Of a DNA stretch of 64,000 bases, positions 1 to 10,600 are shown piece by piece. Within the stretch, counting starts at the first letter, position 1. Every line of letters begins with the position of its first letter. The stretch covers positions 2,418,909-2,482,908 of the forward strand of contig MU057560.1 in assembly GCA_013265495.1 (NCBI GenBank), written 5' to 3'. This DNA is from Vicugna vicugna (taxonomy: Eukaryota). A model generated the notes under the pieces. The model was given only the letters and a program-made list of their open reading frames with translations, did no database searches and was not told the origin of the DNA. Both the position numbers and the translations under genes were made by a program.

Positions 1-144
1 TCAGAGCGGCCCAGCCGACTCTCAGCCTCAGGTGGAAATGAGAGAGCGCTGTTCTCTGACTCTAGTAAACCTTGGATGGTTTGTGAGGCTGCAGTGGCTG
101 CTCCGTCACGGGGAGAAGCTGGACAGTGAGAACTGGGGGTGACA

Positions 145-255
145 GTGAGAACTGTGCATTTTATCCTAAGACCAAAGGAACGCCAGCGAAGGATTTTAGG
201 CCGGGAAGTGTTATGACTGAACTGGCGTTCTAGAGGGGTCATTTCTGAGCAGTCA
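145..255 (-). mobile_element. L2 LINE fragment (ancient)
   Basis: TTTTATCCTAAGACCAAAGGAACGCCAGCGAAGGATTTTAGGCCGGGAAGTGTTATGACTGAACTGGCGTTCTAGAGGGGTCATTTCTG resembles the antisense of the L2 3' region as I recall it. Confidence 0.6.
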
Positions 256-1609
256 GAGAGCAGCGGCAGGAGGGTCTCATCCTTTGAGTAGCACATGACG
301 TCACCAGTGCGTCTCTAGGAGACAATGCCTGACCCGTTTGTGTCAGTCAGCTGCTCAGATGTTCGTTAGCTAAATCTTATCAATCTTTCTAGATTTTAGA
401 TGCTTGAGTTCCTAGGGTCCTCTGAGTGAGAGGCTACAGATAAGGCCCCATAACCCACCAAAATGAATTACTGAACACTGTCGGTGCCGGGGAGGGGGCT
501 GCCTGGATGTTACCACAGGGCGTGAGCTCAGGGCTCTTCCGCTACTTCCCTCCTTTTGCGGAAGAGCTGAGAGGTCCAGGGGAAGCGACTGCATCTTTAC
601 TTAGCATCCGCTTTGTGCCGGGGACTAATTTAGACGTTTACAGAGATCTGGGCTTGTTGTTAAGAAAGGTGGACGCTGCTCCTCCTTAGAGCATGAGGAC
701 GCAGGTGACTCCTCCAGCCTCACGTCTTACCTGCAGAACTGGGGCTTGGAAGAGCCTCCAGCTCCTTCTGGTCTGAATCCATCTTTAGGGTCCAGGACAA
801 CTCCAGTCCCCCGCTGGCCTCCTGGCTCCTGCTCTTTCCCAAGGCTCCTCCACACTCCTCATTCAACCTGTCAGCCTCCGTGCAGATCAGCCTTGAACTG
901 CAGGATGTCAAGATGTCTGGATCTGCCAGGCCCCCGGTGGGGCTGAGGGGAGAACCACGCGGAATATTTAATTGCTTCTCTGCTGCCTCCTGCTGAGCCC
1001 TGCCCAGGTCAAGGTCAGTTCTGAGGCTGGAGGAATTCTTTCATAATCCCTGCCTCTGCCGTCTTCTCCAAGGGTTCAAAAGGAGGCTCAATTTTCGTCC
1101 CATTAATATTAATTCCTTTGCTGTGGGGGCTTGTTCTGATGACACACTTGCTTGTTAAATATTCACGGCTGGAGCTAGCGGTGCACTGCACGCTGACTAC
1201 TACAGGGAAAATTGGAGCAAATCGCCATTCGCTGCTGTTGACAATTGTCCCTGATTTGTTCCCCTGCCCTTAGAGAGACAGCCTCCTTGTCAGGGAACGC
1301 CTGGCCTGGTCCTCCCCAGTGTGCTCGGCTTCCCCTCGGATGTGCCAAAGGCGGTGGGACCACGGCGCTGCTGTGACGCGAGCGCAGGCAGCACAGATGG
1401 CCACAGCCCAGGCTCTGCTGCCCCTCGGTGCCCCTTCTTTCTGTCGGCTTTGCAAACGGCGGGCCATGAGGGCGGGAGGGGCGAGGGGTGAGACCCCGAG
1501 CATGAAGGGGTCAAAGTCACACTCCAGCCTGGGCGGGGCCGGGAGGAGCACCCCCGCCGGGTGTAGCCGGCTCCTTGGGGAAAGTCAGAGCCAGGAGTCT
1601 GCGTCCTAG

Positions 1610-1880
1610 AGGTGGCTGGCGCTGTCCTGCATGCTAGATCCCTGCAAAGACCTTTAAGGTCAGCCCGCCTGTCAGCCAGCCGTCAGTCAGCAGGACGCGG
1701 CCGGCTGCCCGCGGCGTTCCCCACGCAGGGCTGCGGAGGGGGCGCCGGGCACGGGCGGGCACGGGCAGCCACGCGGCCGCAGCGCGCGCTCAGCCAGCCC
1801 CCGGCTGCTGCTCCTGGGCCGAGCCGGACTCCGCAGTCTGCCCCCAAGGCCCCGAACTAACGCCCGGGGTCAGCGAAAAG
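1610..1880. promoter_or_regulatory. Small CpG-island-like segment
   Basis: Dense CpGs and GC boxes (GGGCGG), e.g. GGGCACGGGCGGGCACGGGCAGCCACGCGGCCGCAGCGCGCGC. No associated exon recognised, and the whole region is CpG-rich. Confidence 0.3.
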
Positions 1881-2056
1881 AACAGGAATAAATTCCCTCA
1901 GGCACAAAGCCCTTCTCGGGGATACATTGAGTGTTTTGGTGCCAAGGTCTCTCGGCCTGGGGACCCGGCCCACTGCCAGTCTTGGTTCTGGTTCAGATCA
2001 TTGTCGTTTGAGTCCACCTGACAACTCCCTCTTCCTGATGTAAAGGTACCTGTGGC

Positions 2057-2189
2057 GGGGGTGGGGGGGTGGGGCTCAGATGTAGAGCGCGTGCTCAGCA
2101 TGCATGGGGTCCTGGGTTCAGTCCCCAGTGCCGCCACTAAAATAAATGAATGAAAAATAAGTAAAAATGAGAATAGTTAACAAAAGAAA
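2057..2189 (+). mobile_element. tRNA-derived SINE, camelid Vic-1-like
   Basis: tRNA-like head GGGGCTCAGATGTAGAGCGCGTGCTCAGCATGCATGGGGTCCTGGGTTCAGTCCCCAG with A-box-like and B-box-like (GGTTCAGTCCC) motifs, followed by an A-rich tail. Degenerate TSD AAAGGTACCTGTGG (2042-2055) / AAAGGGACCTTCGG (2190-2203). Confidence 0.85.
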
Positions 2190-3169
2190 AAAGGGACCTT
2201 CGGGGCCAGGGGCCTCCTGCGCCGCGCTGGGGAAAGCCAGGCCCAGGTGCCCAGACTGAGCGCCTGTCCCCACTCTCTGTCTCTCTGCCTGTCACTGCCG
2301 CACAGGTGCAAAGACAGAGGCAGTGACATGTTGCTCTGTGACAAGCCCAGTTCCCCCCGATGTCTTCTGCCTCGTCTAGTGCTGGTGCCCAGCAAGGGGG
2401 TAGCGACCCCCCCAGCCAGAAGCACAAAGAGGTGTGAGGTCCGAGCTGGTTCTGACTGCACGCCCCTCCCTCAGGGCTCAAATTCTGTTTCTCTAGGACT
2501 CTCGTGACTCCCCTGGAAGCTCTTCTCATGGGCCTCCGGCGCTAACTGTCCACTGCGGCAAAATTCTGTCCTGCCTGTTGACCGGGGGTCTGCTATTTCG
2601 CTGTTTTATTTCTAAAAATGGGCTTCACGTACAGGGATGAATGGTTCTCTGTGCCTTTAGGGCCACGGGGCTTTAAATGCCCTCGCAGAGGAGAACCCAT
2701 CGTCTTGGTCTCTGCTTTCTCTAAGCTTCTCCCGATCACTATCCCTCAGGTCCCCCTGCTCCCTGTGCCCCTGCAGATCAGATGTCTGCACAGATTCTCT
2801 GCTCTCCACAATTGTTGGGCCAGAATATTCAAAAAATAAAAAAAAGCCCAGTGATGGGTTATCTCTAGGCTGCCCATTTCAGCTGTGGGTTTCTCTCTCC
2901 AGCCAGGAACCTCCCGGGTACCCACCTCCCAAATCAGGGCGGACTGCCTCCTGGCAGCCTCCTCCGGGTCGGGTCCGTAGCACTCAGGCTGCACCCGTTC
3001 CCTTTAACCCCTACAGGGCCCGGCCCAGCGGACTGGCTCTCTGATTATTGCGAACCACAACGCGACCATTTCTTCAGCAAGTATTATGTGGTAGGAATTT
3101 CCTGAAACGATAGCTTAGCAGGGAATTGTCTCCCCAGCCTTACGTGTGAGGGTCTCTTTCTTAACTTGC

Positions 3170-3768
3170 AGGAAAATACACAAACACACAGCTTACCGCC
3201 TTAAGCATTTCCGAGCACACAGCTGAGCCGCATTAGATACAGGGATGCTGTGCACATGGTCCCCAGAGCCTTCACATCTGCAGCACTGAACTCTGTCCCC
3301 ACCAAGCAACGTCTCCCCGCTCCCTCCCAGCCCTGGGCAACCACTCGTCTACGTCAGCGTTTCACAGACCTGACTTTCCTGAGTGCGTCATGTGAGGAGG
3401 CCATACTGCTGTTGGCTTTCTGTGACTGACTTATTCCACTTGGCATAACGTCCTCGAGGTTTGCTCAGGCCGGAGTGTGTGTCAGGATTCGATTTCCTTT
3501 TGCGGCTGAATCGTACTCCATTGTACGGACAAACCACATTTGCCGCTTCATCCACCATGGACACTTGGGTTGCTTCCACATCTTGGCTCTTGCGAATAAT
3601 GCTGCTACATACATGGGTGTGCAAATATCTATTCAAAAGCTTGTTTTTGGTTTTCAGATGCATATTCAGAAGTGAAATGGCTGGATCCCAATAATTCTGT
3701 TTTTAATTTTTTGATGTATTTTCATACTCTTTTCCACAGACTGTATGATTTTATATGTCCACCATCAT
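3170..3768 (-). mobile_element. L1 3' end (L1MA/MB-like)
   Basis: Antisense L1 3'UTR/ORF2-end motifs such as GACACTTGGGTTGCTTCCACATCTTGGCT..GAATAATGCTGCTA and GACTGACTTATTCCACTTGGCATAACGTCCTCGAGGTT. Confidence 0.85.
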
Positions 3769-3769
3769 C

Positions 3770-4292
3770 ACAGCTAGAGAACCCATGACCCAGCTCCATC
3801 CACGAGGGGGCTGGCACCAGCCCTGAGACCTGACGAGCCACGGCCCTGTCTGCCTGTGAGGGGCATCAGCCCTGGACCATGCAGGACCTGTAGCCAGCTG
3901 TGACAGGCTCTGGACCTGTCCTCCAGAGGACTGACACCAACACCAGGACTTGGGGCCCTGCAGCCAGAGACCCCAGGACCTGGCTCTGCCCATCAGTGGG
4001 CCATCACTAGCCCCCAAACCCAGCCTCACTCAGTAGTAGGCTGACACCAGCCCCAGGATGACCACGGCCGCCAGCCAACCATGTCAAGACCTGGCCCACC
4101 CACCAGCAGGCCAGCAACACCCTGAGTCACCCTGGACCCGGCCCTGACCAAGAGCAGTTGACACCAGCTCTGGGACACCTTGGGCCTTTCAGCCAGCTGC
4201 CCCAGGATCTAGACTCACTCCCCATGGGGCTGTCATCAGCTAGGACACCCTGGGCATTGCCAGCCATGCCAGGACCCAGCCCTGCCCACCAG
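3770..4292 (+). mobile_element. GC-rich degenerate monomer array, probably L1 5'UTR of a cetartiodactyl L1
   Basis: Recurring ~65-75 bp motif (CCAGC...GGAC..CC.TGGGCCCTGCAGCCAG...CCAGGACCTGGC.CTGCCCACCAG) at about 3942, 4047, 4164 and 4237. It abuts L1 ORF2 directly. Confidence 0.55.
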
Positions 4293-5759
4293 ATCATCAG
4301 TGAATTTAGTAAAGTTGCAGGATTCAAAATTAGTATATAGTAATCTGTTTCATTTCTATACACTAGCAATGAACTATCAGAAAGAGAAATTAAAGAAACA
4401 ATCCCATTTACAATCACATCAAAAAGAATAAAATACCTAGGAATAAACCTACTTAAGGAGTAAGACCTTTGGTAACTATGACACCGATGAAAGAAATTGG
4501 AGCCAGCACAAACAGATGGAAAGATATACCATGTTCATGGATTGGAAGGAGTAATATGGTTAAAAGGTCCATACTGCTCAAGGCAATCTACATGTTCGTT
4601 AGGCTCCCTATCAAAATGTCAATGAGATTTTTCACAGAAATTAAACAAATAATCCTAAAATTTGTATGGAAACACAAAAGCCCCCAAATTGCGAAAGCAA
4701 TCTTGATAAAGAGCAAAACTGGAAGTCTCACAGACTTACAACTAAACTACAAAGCTACAGTAATCAAAACAGGATGGTACTGGCACAAAAGCAGACACAC
4801 AGATCAAAGAGACAGAGTAGAGAGCCCAGGAATGAATCCACATGCCTATCACCAACTAATCTACAGAAAAGGAGGAAAGAATATACAGTGGGGAAAAGAC
4901 AGGCTCTTCAAAAAATGGTGTTGGGAAAACTGGACAGCTCCATGCAAAAGAACTCATACCATGCACAAAAATAAACTCAAAGTAGATCAAAGACTTCAAT
5001 GTAAGACCTGAAACCATAACAATTCTGGAAGAAGACATACGCAGTACGATTTTGACATCAGTCTTAGCAGTATTTTGGGGGGTACATCTCCTCAGGCAAG
5101 GAAAACAAAAGCAAAGATAAACAAATGGGATCTAATCAAACCAGATAGCTTTTGCACAGTGAAGGAAACTGTCAACAAAACAAAAAGGCAGCCTACTGAA
5201 TGGGAGAAGATATTTGCAAACAATCTATGTGATAAGGGGTGAATATCCAAAATGTACAAAGAATTCGTTCAACTCAACACCAGAAATACAAAGAATGCAA
5301 TTAAAAGATGGGCAGAGAATCTGAACAGACATTTCTTCACAGAAGACACACAGATGGCCAAAGGTGCATGAAAAGACACTCAGCATCACTGGTCATCAGG
5401 GAAATGTAAACAAAGCCACGATGAGGTACCACCTACACCTGTCAGCATGGCTGCCATCAAAATGCAACACACAACAGGCGCCGTGAGGCTGTGAGGGGAA
5501 GGGAGCCGTCCTACAGTGTTGGCGGGAGTGTAGCCTGGCGCAGCCACTGTGGGAGACAGTGTGGGGATTCCTCAAAAAATTAGAAATAGAACTTCATACA
5601 ATCCAGAAATTCTATTTCTGGGTATTTATCCAAAGAAAATAAAACTAGTTAGAAGAGATACATGCCCTCCAGTGTTCCTAGCAGCATTATTTACAGTAGC
5701 CGAGATATGGAAGCAGCCTAAGTGTCCACCAATCAGTGCACACAGAAGATGTGAGATAG

Positions 5760-5795
<36 letters not shown>

Positions 5796-6125
5796 GTGAT
5801 CTATTACTCGGCCATAAAAATTTTGAAACCTTAGCCTTTGTGACAAACGGATGGACCTAAAGGGTATTATACTTAGTGAATTAAGTCCGACAGAGAAAGA
5901 CAAATACCGTATGATTTCACGTATGTGTGGAATCTAAAAAACAAAACAAATAAACAAGCAACTAAACAGAAACAGAGCCAGAGACCCAGACAGGTGGTTG
6001 CCAGAGGGGAGGGAGGTGGGGGATGGGTGAAACAGGTGAGGGAGGTTAAGGTACGAACTTCCAGTTACAAAATAAACGAGTCACAGGGATGACATACACA
6101 GTGTGGGGAAGATAGCCAATAATTG
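4293..6125 (+). mobile_element. L1 ORF2 C-terminal half plus 3'UTR (defective)
   Basis: ORF 4469-5011 reads [22 protein letters not shown]...[26 protein letters not shown]...[14 protein letters not shown]...[21 protein letters not shown] 5549-5860 reads ..AALFTVAEIWKQPKCP. The frame is broken, and a typical 3'UTR follows. Confidence 0.97.
5762..5793. repeat. (AC)16 microsatellite inside L1
   Basis: Seen directly in the sequence. Confidence 0.98.
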
Positions 6126-6129
6126 GATG

Positions 6130-6445
6130 AAGTGGTCAAGAGGTACAAACTTGCAGCTGTAAGATAAACAAGCACTGGGGACGCAGCGTGCAACACCACA
6201 CGTAGGCTCACCACTGCCGTGCGGTGTGTGCGGCAGTTGTTAGGAGTAAATCCTAAAAGTTCTCATCAAGGGAAAGCATGTTTTTTCCTACTTCTTCGCT
6301 GCTGTGTCTGCATGAGATGCTGAGCGTTCGCTCAACTTACCGTGGCCCTCATTTCACGACGTGAGTCCAATCACAGAGCTGGCCACCTTAACCTTCAGTG
6401 GAGCCGCCCGTCAGCGGCAGCTCAATGCGACTGGAAAGGAAAACC
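6130..6445 (+). mobile_element. Second L1 3' terminus (laurasiatherian L1MA9/L1_Art-like), GC-shifted
   Basis: GGTCAAGAGGTACAAACTTGCAGCTGTAAGATAAACAAG...GAGTAAATCCTAAAAGTTCTCATCA...CTCAATGCGACTGGAAAGGAAAA follows the L1 3'-end layout. Confidence 0.8.
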
Positions 6446-7954
6446 AAGCCAGCGCCAGGCCTTGCCCTTCTGTGTGACTCTGCAGTGACCATGAGGCTTT
6501 GAACTTGTGCCTCCAGGGGGGCTGCCTTTCAAAACCTAGAGACCCGCTTCTCCCTCGGGGCGGACTGCGGACCGCGATCCGGTAATGACGCGCCGCGTGT
6601 GCTTAGAAAGCCCTGGAGCGGCAACCTGCTGTCCAGCCAAGCCGCTGCCCTGCACGCTGTGGGCTTGCTGGGCCCGGCGAGCTGGCCCCGGGGACGCCGA
6701 GCCCTCGTGCTTGGGGGGTGGGGCAGGGGGTGGGGAAGACGGACGTGGTGGCGCCGTCCGGACGGGGTTACTGCGAGGCCCGCGTGGACGCGTGGGCGCG
6801 CGGTGGCTGTGCCGTCCTGGGCGTGTGGACTGGAGCTGTTCTGGGCTTTCAGAGGAGGGGGTGGGCTCTCCGCAGGTTCGCGTTGCGCAGAGCCGGCCAG
6901 CACTCCAGGAGGACCTGGGAAAGAGACCGGCCCGCAGTGAGCCCGGCCCTCTCCTGGGTCCGGGGGGCGGAGGTGGTGGCCAAGGTGGGAGCCGTACTGG
7001 GGCTCTTGCAGAGAAGACATCCTGGCTGCAGAGCGGGCCGCTCACAGCCCACTCTGCTCTGCAGGTGTTGGGAAAGGCCCCTGGCGGGGTCCCTAGACGC
7101 ACCTGCTGTGTGGCCCTGGCACAGGGACACGGCTTCACACATCCACGAAGGGAGAGGACGCAGCCGTGCCTGGAGGCGCCTCTCGAGAATCACGTGAGGT
7201 CGTGTGTGAGCGGCGCCCAGGACGGTGCCCGGCACTCATGCCACGTGTGTGCACACGTGTGCGGCGGGTCCCAGTCACGGCCCCTCTCCAGTCCTTGTGT
7301 CTCCCGTCCATGTAGTGTGGTTTCTCTTACAACCTGACTTGGGCATGTGACTTAGCCCCTCAGGATCTGTTTCATCCGTCTAGAAACTCAGGCTAAGGGA
7401 TGGTCTGTAAGGACACGTGGTTTTATTTCATAAAAAATTTATTTGCCAAACGATCTGAATTAAATGGAGTCTTGCAATTAGCTTCTTATTGTCCCTGTGA
7501 TGAAGGAAGGGGCTGGCTTTCCCGGCATCTCTGTGGTGTCTTGCTGTCCATGGGATGAATGTCGCCACTTACTCTCAGGTAACGGCGCGGAGTGACATAA
7601 GCTAATTATGTGCTTTGTAACCTCAAATCAGCAGAATCTCACCATATATCATGATAATGCCTCTGTATTTCACGGGGGAACGGCTGGCGACAGACCAGGT
7701 TAATTATGCACGCGCTTAATAGAATCCTGGTGGGAGGCGGGGGTGGGGAGACTCCGCGGGGTCAGCGCGTTCCTCCCCCAGCACTGAGGTGACGTTGCTG
7801 TCGTCCTCTGCCTGAGAGGGGTTTAGCTGCGTTTATGTGTAGGACTGTAAAAGCCGTTACCTTGCAAAGCACTTTATACGACATGAAAAACACCTGATTC
7901 ACCAACAAACTTAGGACTGAGCAGACAAAGGAAGACGGCTTCTGTTTTTTTCTT

Positions 7955-8050
7955 GTTTTTGTTTTTTTTACAAATAAGGAAACTGAGGCTCAGAAAAGCC
8001 CAGCCTTGCCCACAGTCACGAACCTATTGTCTGGTGGAGCCTGGGTTCTT
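7955..8050 (-). mobile_element. MIR SINE fragment
   Basis: TTTTACAAATAAGGAAACTGAGGCTCAGAAA...TTGCCCACAGTCAC is the antisense MIR core. Confidence 0.75.
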
Positions 8051-9499
8051 CTCAGGACCACGAGGCCTGGGGGAAGTTCTCAAATAAGAGGGGGACAGAG
8101 GTCGAACGTCGTGCACCCCAGACCATGCAGGTCCCGGCTCCTCCGCCTGCATGGCCCGTTCCTCACTGTTTACTGCTTTAGCCGTTCTAAGTGACTTCTA
8201 AGCGTGGGCACCCCTTCCCGGCGCCTCCGATGGGGCGCGTGACTCAGGGCTCAGCGGCTTTGCCGCCCGAGGCCGTCGCTGGGAGCCTTAGTCGTCGGGA
8301 GAATCTGTGATGGTCCCTGGGCATTCGCTTGTTCAGAACTTGTTCCCAAACCGTCGGGATCCAGGTGAGTCCCCGCCCCGCCATTCCAGCCCCATTTTTT
8401 TTCCACTGCCAGGTCTTTGTCTTGCTGATGTCAGTCTGTCTGTCTGTCCACTGTTGTGTGTTGTCTTGTACAGTCTACGTGGGGACCAGGTGCGCAGTGT
8501 GTGACAGCTGCTCGGAAACCACGAGTCAGCGGGAGTTCAGGGCCGTCTCAGGCACCTCCCCACAGACAGACTGCGTAGCTTGCTCCCCTCCTCAGTGCTG
8601 AGTCCCCCTTCCTCACATTTTGGGTCTCAGCTGTGTCCTGGACAGCTGAGGTCACTGGGTGTGGACTCTGTGTGTCCTCACCACCAGACCGCGGCGACCT
8701 GCGGACAGCAGCAGCCACTTGGCGGTAACCGGTGCTGTGATGGATGGGTGTCACAAGGTGTCCCCCTACGCGATGCAGGAGGGTCCAGCGTGCGGCCTGC
8801 GGTGGCAGGAGCTCCTCGGGCGCATGCTGGTTGCTGGTGCGGACACCTTCTGCATGTTTGCACGTCATCACCAGTGCCGGGCGACCCTCTCCCCCAACAG
8901 GGAGCAGTTGTTCTGCGTCCAGGGGCTTGGTGAGTCCTCTGCGGTGCGGGTAACACAGACACACTCCCTTCTGTGGCCTCTGACCTCCTCTAAGTGCTGG
9001 TCCCTGCTTTTCCTCTATGTGCATCATTAAGAGCCTAGCCTAGCGTGGAAAGGCCACGGGACGCTGAGCGTGGGGCTGCTGGGCGTCCACAGTCGGCATG
9101 TCATCAGGCAGACAATGGGACTTGCCCACAAAGCGCAGTCTCAGCTCCCCTCAGGGTAGCAGATGCTGAGCAGGACAGAGCATCGTGTCCCAGAAAAGCA
9201 AGGCCGCGGGTCTCAGGCAGAGGACCCAGCAGTGATGCAGGATGCGGCGTCACGTCCCTGCAGGACAAGCCTGGCCCGCGGGGAGACGTGACTCCACTGG
9301 GCGTGGCGGGCGAGGTGTCGGGACAGTTTCTCCTCCATCCTGCGCTGCCCAGACTCCCCTGCCCAGGGCAGGCCCCGGACTCTGCTTTCTTCCCCTTGCT
9401 TCATCACCTGCCCCAGGTGGACCCCGTGTGGGCCTGAAGCTCATGGAAACCACACTGATTTCCGCGTCTGACGTGTCTGTGTTGGAAGCTGGACCTTCC

Positions 9500-9592
9500 C
9501 CCTTAACAGCTGTGTGATCCTGGGGAGGTCGTCACAGCTTAATGGGTCTCAGTTGCTTTGGCTGCGGAATGGAGTTAATACCTGTTCTCTGG
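9500..9592 (+). mobile_element. MIR SINE fragment
   Basis: CTTAACAGCTGTGTGATCCTGGGGAGGTC...TCTCAGTTGCTTTGGCTGCGGAATGGAGTTAATACCT resembles the MIR core. Confidence 0.55.
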
Positions 9593-10069
9593 GCTTCCCC
9601 CCGTGGTCAGGACGGGGTCAGAGTCTCTCTGATAATGTAATTAGAATTACAGGCTCTCTCCCACAGGCTGATGAACACACGACTGTAGCACCAGCCGAGG
9701 GCTCAGTCCGAGGGGATGGTTACGAGTCTCTGAGGATCAGACTGAACGGTTCGCTCAGCCACCGAAACGGTTCCAGCGCTTGCCCGGCTGGACGCTCTGC
9801 ACTCAGCCCCGCGTAGCCTTGGCTGAAGCCGTGGCCAGGGGCTCTCAGCGCACTGAGCCAGCCACTGTCCGTCCTCCTGAGCGCGGTCTCCCGACTCTGC
9901 ACTCCCCGTGCCTGTGTGGGGCCCTGCCCTGTGACGGAGGCGACCCGACAGCTCTCCTTGCTCCCTGCAGCCCAGGGCGGGCGTAGAGCGTGCCCGCCCA
10001 GCCCCCGAGGAAGAACAAGAGGCTTTCACTGAGTTAGTAGTTAGTTACACCGCATCACGTTTGCTCTTC

Positions 10070-10185
10070 ACTTGAAAAACTTGTTTAACTTCTCTAAGCC
10101 CCTCTTTCCATCTTAAAAACAAGGTAGTGACACCCATTCATAGCACTGTTGTGAGATGTGGAACGAATCCCGTTTGTAAAGCTAC
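10070..10185 (+). mobile_element. MIR SINE fragment
   Basis: TTGTTTAACTTCTCTAAGCCCCTCTTTCCATCTTAAAAACAAGG...TCATAGCACTGTTGTGAGAT. Confidence 0.6.
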
Positions 10186-10489
10186 TTGGGGTGGTGCCCA
10201 CCCGCCGCGGGAGTCGTGGTCCCCGCCTCACCCCCCGCCGGGGCTCCGAGGCGCTCACTGCCGCGGTGTTCTCTCTCTGGAGCGGGAGGGGTCCCTGGTT
10301 AAGGGTCAGAGATCCAGGTCTGGCAGGTGTCTGCAGTCCTGTGCCCGGGGCTCTTTCTGGGGCGCAGGGACACCTGTGTCTCTCTCTGTCACAGAAGTGA
10401 GGTACAGGTAAGGGCAGAATGCGCTTGGGGACTCTGGGGACCCTCTGCATGTGTGGGTGTCCATCACTGATATTCGGCGTCTGGGGTGA

Positions 10490-10600
10490 TCTTGAAATCT
10501 GCTTTCCATTAACTGCGTCTTTGCGCTTCCTTCCAGATCATTAATAAGGTGGCAAATCCAGCCTGACGTCCTGCAGCGTGTTTGCCTCCCAGCCCCTCAC
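10490..10600 (-). mobile_element. Possible CR1/L3 LINE RT remnant
   Basis: The minus strand translates ICHLINDLEGSAKTQLM, which resembles the CR1 RT stretch (F)NIFINDLEEG...LMKFADDT. The match is short and degraded. Confidence 0.35.

Noticed and set aside
720..911. Minus-strand ORF ending at a CAG|GTAAGA donor
   Set aside because: No convincing acceptor, the peptide is unrecognised, and the sequence resembles decayed L2.
2063..2137. Functional tRNA gene
   Set aside because: Stems are degenerate, and the A-rich tail and TSD identify it as a SINE.
6713..6735. Canonical G-quadruplex motif GGGGGGTGGGGCAGGGGGTGGGG
   Set aside because: The motif is real, but such G-runs are common across this window and nothing links this one to a function.
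6529..7337. Long overlapping ORFs (up to 250 aa) on both strands
   Set aside because: Low-complexity Pro/Gly/Arg/Ala translations open in several frames, with no recognisable domain. This is expected from stop-codon depletion at high GC.
8688..8935. Plus-strand exon-like segment ending TTG|GTGAGT (242 nt, or 29 nt from CCCCCAACAG)
   Set aside because: Neither length preserves frame, the translations are unrecognised, and no supported partner exons exist.
9860..9882. REST/NRSE-like site (also a half-site near 7543) and scattered CTCF-like motifs
   Set aside because: Core mismatches or half-sites only, as expected by chance in GC-rich DNA.
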